A program made the translations under genes and the position numbers. From contig NW_002060943.1 of the NCBI RefSeq assembly GCF_000150275.1, positions 8,378,066-8,442,065 on the forward strand: a stretch of 64,000 bases of DNA. Direction: 5' to 3'. The DNA comes from Trichoplax adhaerens (Eukaryota > Animalia > Placozoa). The notes under the pieces were generated by a model. That model saw only the letters and a list, made by a program, of their open reading frames with translations. It did not search any database and had not been told where the DNA came from. This document shows positions 48,578 through 64,000 of this stretch, piece after piece. Positions within the stretch are counted from its first letter, which is position 1. Each line of letters opens with the position of its first letter.

Positions 48578-51500
48578 CTATGAATCTTCTTGCGATTTCA
48601 TTTTAACTTCTTCAGGAGGTGGCACATAATTTGGATCTCGAGTCAGCATTTTAGCCACTAACAATTTCATAATTTCACTTGATGATGGATCGACTTTATT
48701 ACGCTGTCAAATTGAATTATTAAAATGAATGATTATTGCTGAGGTTGATTCTATGGAAATAACCTTCTTACTCTAGTATACCTGCAATGCTAATCGAAGT
48801 AAACCTGGTGCACTTTTGTTATTAACTATAACATGGCCGTCCGTTGGTGGAATGAGATTACACTGGTGTTGAACAGCTGCCCAAAATGCTTTAATTGATT
48901 CTTCTCCTAATTTATTTCCTATATTAAAGTAGAAGAAATTGTTCAATAACGACGATAACAATAAACCACTTGATACAGGATATCCTACTATCTCATTTTT
49001 GACGTTGAATTACTATTCAAACTAACTTGAAAGATTCAAATGGATCAGAGTTCGATTGCCACGTAAGTAAATTTCTCCATTTTCTTCAACGATCGGTTCC
49101 ATAAGGGGATTTGTCAACTCAATTTGCTCAGGCTAGAATTTTTTACACATAGAAGAAATTCATAAATGATTTATAACACCATCACGCTAAATTTTAACGC
49201 GCTCATGCAGGCGTCAAACTCACAATTTACTCTAGTAATGATCAATTTTAAAAATTCTACCTCATGTTCCTGTTGGACGACCTTTTTCTCACTACTTCGA
49301 TTCGATGCAGCTTTCTTGTTTTTGGGTCTACTAGATGAGTCGCCACCAGATGCTAAACCAAAATGATAGTATAGTATTACCAATAATAGTAATCATCACT
49401 ATAAGTAATTGTAAAGGAGAGAGAGAGAGAGAGGAGTATCCGCTAGGATAGGAGTTGGATTACGCATTATTACTAATTTAACTCTTACATTTCTTGCTTC
49501 TTGAGTCATCCTTTTTATTTTTGTCATCTTTGGATTTGCTTTCTTTTTTCTTAGGTTTTGGTTTATCACGAATCTTCGTTTCATTTGGCGACATATGAAT
49601 ACTGTAAGAGACAGGGTGAAGATCGAATATATTAGCCATGATAATTGGTTTGCATTAGCTAATAGTTTTATCGTCCACTCGTCTCGTTAATATAGCATGA
49701 AAAATTCTAATGTTAACATCCATCAGTAGGCGATTATCTAATTGACTTTAGGGATTTACCTTTGGCGTGATGTTTGTGGTCTATTATCGCGTGATCCACC
49801 GTCATGTTTGCGATTATGTGGTGAAAGAGACTAGAATGGTAGAAGAAATAGGGTAGATTCTCTAATATGACTATTTCAGCGGTTGAATCATCGATATCCC
49901 TTACCAGATGGGTTCCATCATCAGTTGATACGCTCTTTTTAGACAACAATAATCGACGCTGAACTATTTCTTCGTGTGTTAGTGGGAACCGATTGAGTAC
50001 CTATATGAGAGCAAGGTAGAGTAAGTTTAGAAAATAATTTTCAACGTAAGCTGTTGTGGCTAGAGTGAACTAAGAAGCGCGTTAAACTATCTTATACTTC
50101 GGCTAGTTTGAGTCCTCCTGAGTCATCAATTTCATTGTTCGCTAACATTAAGCAGTGTAAAGTTCTATTTAAACGCAAGCTCTAGCGATATAGAAAGAAT
50201 TTTCAGAGATTTAGGATATTCATGATTTCTAGTATGCGTTAATTTCAGACTAGAGTAGCAGCATTTCAAAGTTCTATTTTAATACGTATACTTTCCGGCA
50301 GGTTGGCATAAACTAGATCGAAGTAATGTAGCGATAGGATAGTATACGCCATAGAAAATATCTTTTACTATGGTTAACTTTAAATGTTATATGATTGATT
50401 ACTTTATTACCATAGCGAGTGCTTTGGCACCTTCCGATCCAATTTTATTATTGCAAAGATCGAGCGTTACTAAGCTTTTATTCTTAAATAGTGCATGCCC
50501 CAACATGGTAGCACCAGTTGAAGTTATTCCACAGCTTCGAAGCGATAACGTATGGATATTGCTATGAGGTGATAGGATGGTTGTGTTATTAGATTAATAT
50601 ATTGATGATTTATGCCATATAAATAGAATACTGTCGACATAATTATTTTAAATTGGGATATGCGTAAAATCAATTAAACTAGTATCACTGTTTTGTACCA
50701 GTTTTCAGGAGTTATAAAAGCTGAGAAACGTTGTCCAGGAACATTATTCCCATCCAAATGTACATGCCTTGTGTTAATAAAAAGTAGATAACACGTTATG
50801 TTGTTTTTCATCTGATTTAATGGCCAGTGTAATATTATTTGGCTTACTTTAAATTTTTACAAAGTAAAGTCAGACTTGCGACGCCAGCTAATGTTTCATC
50901 TTTTAACCCCACGTTCCATAAGCTGATTAAACGAAATAACTATGTTAGTTAAGGTTGTTCAAATACTGTACAGAAGTAGCATTAATTCAAATTGCAAAAG
51001 TTTATCATGTTGAGATATTATATCGTACTTAATTGTCGTCAGGTGAGAACACTTTGGTAAAGCACTGGAAAGAATTGTTATTATTGGAAGCTCCAAGCGC
51101 CAGCCTGTTATTATCAAATCATATAGTTGAAAAAAGCAAATGGAGTTGAACTATGGAAATGTTCCATTGGTAAGTAAGTTGAAATTGAATATATGCTAGA
51201 GCTGACCTCTGATATAAACTTCTCTTGCCGTCATTTTGTTATCTTCATTATCATATTCTACTTCAATTTTAGGTTTAAAATAGTCAAACTTTTCCTTAAC
51301 GGAATAGGTTGTCGGTTGCGGTTCTGTCGGCTCTGCTGGAGGTTCTTGATTTTGAACTAATTATGTTTGTGATAGACATTATTTTTATCATTCATTCTGG
51401 TACAATAAGTGGCTTTCTCTTCTACATCTTTGGATTTCGATGATCAACCTTAATGATCTAATTTTATAGCTACAACTCACCTTGTCCCTGATTAGGGTTA

Positions 51501-52455
51501 ATAATATGCAATGATGCCTTTGATCTATGCCCTATGAAGATATAAAAGAATAGTAAACGGTATAAGATACAAGGACTAGCCAATCATTTATGCAGTGTTA
51601 GAGTAACGATGGCAACTTATTTCGCATTATATAGTTGAGTTGTTATTTCCCGTAACTTCAATTACCATACTTGTAGTGGCATTGAATAAATTGATTGCTC
51701 TCATAACTTACTTGTAAATCCTTCTTCATCATACGAGCTTTTATGCTTATCTTCCTTTCCATGGTCTCTTCCATGACCTTTAGAATCACTATCTTTTTTA
51801 CTACCCTTGGACTCCTTCCCTGGAGGTTCATTACTTTGGTCTTGAGATTGGGGTGGTTGCGCCTTGCCGCGGATGACCACTTCAATTTTAGTATTTATCT
51901 CTGCTCGCAAGCACATTTGTCCAAAATCAACCTCCAAATTTCCAGTTGGATTATAGGGTTCTGATAAATGTTGATAAACAAATCTAATAAAGATATAACT
52001 TCAAGACTCTACGACAGCGTATGCCAATTTATTGACTAAACTGATTTTTCCTTATATTATTATATTTATGCATACACTAGTTGTTATCGCTTATGCCCAT
52101 TTATAATGGTATCTCGATGGTAGTCTGCAAGTGTCATTATCATGTACAACTAGCCATAAGTAATGCAAAACGAGTACTGCTTTATACGCGTATATGCACA
52201 GGGTAATTTTCTTATGTGAGACGTACAATAATATAGTCTATCACTGTAATATAATCACATCATAAACGTTTACTTTTATATGCATAATATAGCCATGCTT
52301 ATAATAATAATCACATTAGCTTTTGCTGATCAATTCTATCATTAACCTTTTCCACTACCATCTCCCTGATCTCCGCCGCCACCTTTATCGTGGAGTTGCT
52401 TATCACGATCTTCACCGCGACCTTTTCTTCCACCTTTAAACGATCTAGACGCCAT
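48578..52455 (-). CDS. LRRC71: Leucine-rich repeat-containing protein 71-like, ~15 exons
   Basis: ATG at 52455 (MASRSFKGG..). Exon 2 gives PTGNLEVDFGQMCLR..VVIR. Later exons give FDYFKPKIEVEYDNED..EVYIRGWRL, INLWNVGL, LSLRSCGITSTGA, LDLCNNKIGSEGAKALA and GLLRLALQ. Stop TAG at 48580-48578. These resemble recalled human LRRC71 (SGVLETDFAELC, FRPTIQVE, EIYIRGWKV, INLWKVGL). Confidence 0.85.
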
Positions 52456-52756
52456 ATTAACGTTGCTATAGTATTAAATTATGTAAGTAATCCAATTACA
52501 AAGTATGATGTTGTGATGATGAAGAAATTTTGACTGCTGTTTGTAACGTAGTCGACACACAATAATGTGTTACTGTGATGATCGCGTAATATAGAATTTG
52601 TATGGATAGACGATCGCCAGTTCCTATTGTATATCGTAGTTAGATGCTATTACTGGTTAAGTTAATAACTAAAGCGATGATTAAGCATAAAAATAGAAAT
52701 AGACTTGTATGGGAATTTAGCTCATGGATAAGCTTTCATATTGTATTCGTTACCTG

Positions 52757-52770
52757 GTTGCTATGGTGAC
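52757..52770. promoter_or_regulatory. RFX X-box upstream of the LRRC71-like gene
   Basis: GTTGCTATGGTGAC closely resembles the X-box consensus GTTGCCATGGCAAC and lies ~300 bp upstream of the ATG at 52455. Confidence 0.6.
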
Positions 52771-52848
52771 CCTAGTTGTCAACGTTGACGGCATATACTA
52801 TGGCAGTATATACTATTTTAAATTGCCTGTTCTATCATATTGGATATA

Positions 52849-53424
52849 ATAGCGGTTAATAATAACCTACTGCTATACAGTATGTTAAGTGTTGTCCAAG
52901 TCTATTATTTTAACTTTCCCAGTCTAAAATAGCAGATAGACACGAACAATAATGCTGTAACTATAACTAAAAGGTCCGATATTGTACCAGTCTATTGCTT
53001 CACCTTGCTTACCTTATGTTATACCGGATATACAAATATGCTGCATCAACTTGCCTAGTTTATCATGCAAGGTAGCCTAGTGGTAGCATAATAATTATTA
53101 ATGCAAACCAAGTATACTTAAATAGACGCTAATATCATGTACGTGTTATTCATGTAGGCGAATACTGTCCCAAGTTACCTACTGTACTCTGTCATATTGA
53201 CATAGTAGCGGTTAATAGTGACCCACAGTACTACTGTATGTTAAATATTGTCCAAGTCTATTTCGTTAACTTAGCCAGTCCAAAACAGTATATGGATACG
53301 AACAGTAATGTTGCAGAAATGACTAAAATGTTCAATATTACACCCGCCGACTGATTCACTCTGTGTTGTACTAAATATACAAATACGTGTATACTACTTC
53401 AACTTGCTTAGTTTATTATGCAAG
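52849..53424. repeat. Diverged ~220-bp direct repeat pair
   Basis: TAGCGGTTAATA...GTATGTTAA...TTGTCCAAGTCTATT...TCAACTTGC.TAGTTTAT.ATGCAAG occurs at 52849-53071 and 53205-53424. Confidence 0.85.
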
Positions 53425-54597
53425 CTACTCGCAAACTAGCAGTAAATACGTATCAATAAATCCTAAGCATACTGAAATATTCCACTCAGTAAAGTAGATA
53501 AGTATGCAGAGCATATCACGAGTAAAGGGTTCTACTAGTAAATTAAAATTGGAGAGAAATATCGGTTTACCTACGAATTTTACTGTATACTGTATATCAT
53601 ACGACGTACTTTTTAAGCATAGTTTATATTTATCTCCTTCAAGGCGCACACTAGATTTTCGCTGCTATGGCCAGGTACACACGCTCTTTTACACTATATA
53701 CGTGTAAGTAGACCTTTCCATGTAATGAAATAAGGATCTCGTGTTTTGCTGATGCGAATACATATATTCACGATACAGCGATGTATACTGTAATAACGCC
53801 ATCACAAAGAAATTTTAAATTTAGCTTATTGATTTCACAGGCGCTTTCCGCTGATTATTCCCAACCCTAAACGCTTGGGTTTCATATCTATTTAGAATTA
53901 GGTAGCGTTATTTAAAGTGTCTTGTTCATTTCTTCAAATTACCAAAAATAGTCTAGACATTATCCCAGCAAACGGATAACAATTTTTTTAATTGGTAATT
54001 GATGTTGCGAGTATTCATAGCATATTTAATCCCAGCACAAATGTGCTAACAAAATTTACCAAGGACAAAGAAAGCATCAAATTCATTCATTCATTCATAC
54101 ACTCCAGTTTATTTCCATGTGTAAATCACACAATGCATTCAATACTCAAAAGATATAAAAATGAACGCCAATTAAAGAGAAAAAAAACTACATCTTGCAC
54201 TAAGTATACAGTAGTAGCTTACAGTATTAACTTCCACCTTTAAATATTCAAATTTTGGAAGTTAAATTTAGCACTTGCAGCAGTATTATTGAAACTACAT
54301 AAATTCTATGTAAGGTGGAGGTCTGTAATGACCGTCCCTACATAATATTCAATTGAGAAGACTTAAGAGGTCAATTGCATGGTGTTCCTAGCTAACTATA
54401 GCACCTACGGAATAATATTCTTTTATGACACAAAATTTAGAACATTGAATCTTTTCTGTTTTAATACGGTCTTACAAGGTATACTACCTTCGATTGCTGT
54501 ACGCGAAATTTAGTACTGATAAAGTGAAGGTATCTTAAGTAAGTCTAAATAAAGGAAGATCGAAAAAGTAAGTAGTAAGAAATACATGTGTTAATCC

Positions 54598-59873
<5,276 letters not shown>

Positions 59874-60103
59874 TTCGCTTGCAAGTAAAATATTAAATTG
59901 CAATGGCAGCACCAGCGTCTTGATTGCAGCAAATATATAAGCCAATTGTATGTACAATATGCATTGACTAGGGTTGGCCTGTCTAAATAGGGAAACTCCC
60001 AATTTTGCTTTTCCTGACTATGCGTCCAGTCAACCAGCCAGTGACACCCTTGCGATCGGTTTTTTTGGGACACCAGGCATGCACGCAGTGATTGCATGGG
60101 AGT

Positions 60104-60700
60104 ATGCGTAGCCGGCACGACTGTCTATTGTACTGTACACTGTACTGTACTGTACTGTACTGTACTAAAAGGAGTACTGTATGCGTAGCCCGGACTACTG
60201 TGCATTGTACTGTACAGTACACTGTACTGGACTGGAATGAACTGTACTGTACTGTACAGTACTAAAAGAGTACAGTACTGTACTGTACACTGTACTGTAC
60301 AGTATGCGTAGCCCGCACTACTGTCCATTCTACTGTACACTGTACTGGGCTGTAATGAACTGTACTGTACTGTACTAAAAAGAGAGAGTGTACTGTACTG
60401 TACACTGTACTGTACAGTATGCGTAGCTCGCACTACTGTCCATTCTACTGTACAGTACACTGTACTGGATTGTAAGGAACTGTACAGTACAGTACTAAAA
60501 AGAGTACAGTACAGTACAGTACTGTACTGTATGCTTAGCCCGCACTACTGTCCATTCTACTGTACACTGTACACTGTACTGGACTGTAATGAACTGTTTA
60601 GTACTGTACTGTACAGTACAGTACTAAAAAGAGTATGCGTAGCCCGCACTACAGTACTGTACTGTACTGTACAGTACACTGTCGGACTGTCCTGTACTAA
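60104..60700. repeat. Composite TACTG/TACAG satellite with ~80-120-bp higher-order unit
   Basis: Anchor ATGCGTAGCCCGCACTACTG(T)CCATTCTAC at ~60104, 60181, 60304, 60419, 60531 and 60635, separated by variable (GTACT)n/(GTACA)n runs. Confidence 0.92.
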
Positions 60701-63700
60701 AATGAAAAGCGTTTTCTTCTTTCAACACTCTACAGTGTACAGTACATCCTTACAGTACTTTACACTGTACATCGTGATCTTTTCTCATTCCATTCTTGAA
60801 TAGGAAAGTGACAACGCTTTAGTATTAACCAATAGAAGATAATATACAGTACTGTACAGACAGTGTACAGTACATCATTTCCATATGTAAAAAATGCGCG
60901 CATATAATAGGTACTGATTCCTCCATTTGGAAAAGGATTACACTGAGTGTACAATACTGTACACAGTACGCACGCACTGGACGAGCAAATATGAGTTCAA
61001 TTTGTGTTATTTCCGGGATCGTACAAGTACTGTACAGTACACCAACCACAAATTTACCTAAAGTTCAATGATTTCAGAATCTGTGTTCAATTCATTTCGG
61101 AGGTACTAGTACAAACTCTCGTCGCTTTGCTGACGGTTTACGATAATGTGCTCATTTAACAGATAGTATTACCATTTGATACTGTAGAGTGTACTGTAGA
61201 CCTGTCACAGGTTCAGTAACTTTATACCGTGAACTGTACAAGAGTACGGTACAGCACTACAATACCGTACTGTACAGTACTTTTACTCGGGCATATGATA
61301 ACGTACCCGTTTGTTAATAATTAATAGATAGATAGGATTACCATTCGACATTACATTACTGTATATGTACTGTATATCCCGGTAATAGCCGAGCACTACT
61401 GTACAGTACTATACAGTATTCACAACTATACTTCTAGAATACTACTTTTCAATAATGCATTCACGGATGAAACCTTGTTACAGTCTTTGATAATAATAAT
61501 TCGGCAATTATAATATCTGTCCTACATATCCTAATGTGAAGAATAATACTACTGGACAGATTAAAATTATATCAACCATTGCTGAGTAGTAATACTATGA
61601 TTGAACACTCATTTGCAAGTTTACTTTGCATAATTTGACAACATTTTATTAACATCCGATTACTGTATAATGCTGATTAGAATATTATTGATGTATTGCA
61701 AAGGAACAATAAAAGTAATATGACAATTACTCCCTTACATATCACAAATTCATAATGCAATAAAATTGATTGACTTTACGTTCGGAATTAAAGCATTCCA
61801 TTTTTGTGGCTGCAAAATGTGTTATATAAAGTGATATTTGCCTAGACGCTTTATCCTAAGTATAGTATTATAATCACTATTTCAATGTAAAGCTTCCCTA
61901 TAAACTACATTACGTGTCACTCGGCATATGCCATTATTGTAGCCTGGCAAGTTACTGTTAACTCTATTATGGAGTAAGGAATTAATTTCCGTTCGATCAA
62001 TAAACACCTTTCAATCGCGAGGATTTCCAACGCGGCTTATGGCTACATATAGCTGGCCGTGAGTAAAAACGCTGGTAGACAAAAGTACTGCACATTGATT
62101 CAAAGTTTGCCCTTGGCTTTTGTTAATAGTCATAGCAAATGCTGGGCATATAGGAAATTACCGACGTATCAACTGAAATAGAAGATCAGTGTCAGATGGG
62201 GAAATATTAATACGTGGTATTAAAATGATAGAGCCGGCATGTTCTCCACCAAGTACAGTATACGCGCCACCAACAGTCTTTCAGTAATATCTGTGTTCAA
62301 TTTATTTTGAAGGTATGAATGTCCGCTGTGCAGTGTACACTGTACAATACTCTACAGTTATGAACAGTGACATTGCTGGATATCCATTTTAGCCCATGAG
62401 AAGTCATTTCTTGTTTTTGGCTAACTATACCCCTGTCCGGTACTGTGTGATGTTATTGTCTACTAATACAGTACAGTACAGTATACTGTAGTAACAGTAC
62501 TGGTACGGTACACTACAGTTCCGTACTCTATTGTACTGTACTGTACTGTACAGTATTTTCACTGGCAAGAATGCAAATTGGAAAATTGGAACTTGCTGAT
62601 ATTTGGGGAGAAAATGGATATACAGTAGACGAGCAGGGATGCCTGTACAACATCTACCTATCCATGGAACTCACTTTAGACTTCATTTAACCTGCACCAT
62701 TTTATTTTTGGATTGTAGTACTGTTCTCTGTACTGTACAATACAGTACTATATGATGATAGAATCCAAGGACTTTGTCCCCTTTGATAATTGATGAATTT
62801 TTCCATTTTAGAGAAAATGGATCACGTGAACAGCTCCCTGATCATCGTCAGCATGCCCAGGAACTTATTGTTCGCCCTTGAACAAATAGAAATTTCCATT
62901 TCCCGGCCATTGGCATACAGTAATAATTAATAATAATAAGAAGAAGAATAATATTAATAATTGGAATTATTCAATACCGTACACTAGTGTACGGTATAGT
63001 ACTGACCATTTCGCTTAGTCTGTCTAGTCTTGGATAAAAAGCCATAAAAGACAAAACTCACTCAAGCATTGATCACAAAAGAGTTCCAGCTCCGACTGGC
63101 TGTAGCAAGAATTGCGTTGGTTGATAAAGCAAATTAGAAGTTTCTCTCGTTGTGTAAGTATCTCTGATAAACGACATTTTTTATTGATCAAATGGTAGTT
63201 GTCCAATGTATCTTGTTATTACTTTACTTGGAGATGGATGAAGAGAGGAAAATGGATGCAACATTTGGTTGCATTTTGGTATTCAAAGTCGTCTCCAGCC
63301 TGTATACACTTTTTTGCTCATCAAAAAATAGATGGTCGGATAATCGTAGTAGCTATCGTTGCGTTGTATGGTAACATTCAACATCTGTAAAGTAGATTAT
63401 GACTGTATATCAATCATTTTTACCATCACATCCATGGCATTGGAATAGTCTGGGGTCAACAAATGGACTAAATTGATACCAAGATTGTATTCAATTTTCC
63501 ACCATGTTAGTATGTTGCTAGTACAGTATAATTATGAAAATGACAAATCATGGACAGTAGTTGTTAACATAATAAACGTGATCGATGATTGGTATACTGC
63601 TTGCCACAACTGTGCTTTGCCCGATATTCATGACAGACGTGACTACCTTATTACTTTGGAAACATGATAGTATCAACATACATGACTATGTTACCACGGC

Positions 63701-64000
63701 TTGCTACGGATTAATGATCTCCGACTGCAGCGCGCTTCCCGCAGATTGACTTATTCTAGTACTACTACACTACTGTTCATGATTTTACGAGGAGGCGGGG
63801 AGAGAACGTGACCATTTTCTAATGTTGAGTCAATAATTAATAGGCGACCTGCAGGTTGCCTACTCACCTATTATAACATGATTGTTTTAATGGATTGGAC
63901 TATATCCAATCTTGAAATAGCGAGGGATCAGGTGAGCATCCGCGGTAACCTTACTGAATAGTGAATACCGTAGATGAGCTCTAGTAGTTCTATCCACGGT

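Noticed and set aside
63024-63206. Minus-strand ORF with ELELFCDQC resembling a B-box fragment
   Set aside because: Other B-box Cys/His ligands are missing and I found no linked exons. A tBLASTx search would be needed to call even a pseudogene.

Overview
AT-rich eukaryotic genomic DNA with short GT-AG introns. The compact gene structure, TACAG/CTGTA simple repeats and divergent metazoan proteins suggest a basal animal such as the placozoan Trichoplax (inference, not verified). Bases 1-46.5 kb hold a tandem array of eight intact 7-8-exon paralogues of the SLC35F3/F4 (DMT/EamA-fold, putative thiamine/small-metabolite) transporter family, oriented +,+,-,-,-,+,+,+. They are followed by an LRRC71-like LRR gene (- strand, with an RFX X-box upstream) and Rab11 (- strand). 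The intergenic DNA holds MITE-like, piggyBac-like and Helitron-like remnants and several minisatellites. Main signal: copies 3 and 4 share a ~1.1 kb apparent gene-conversion tract with ~99% identical introns, yet keep small clusters of amino-acid differences in the predicted cavity-lining helices (TM3, TM4, TM6, TM8). This suggests a transporter repertoire diversifying in substrate specificity. Two minisatellites of different period (98 bp and 87 bp) also derive from one ancestral sequence at homologous positions. All exon coordinates were derived by eye.
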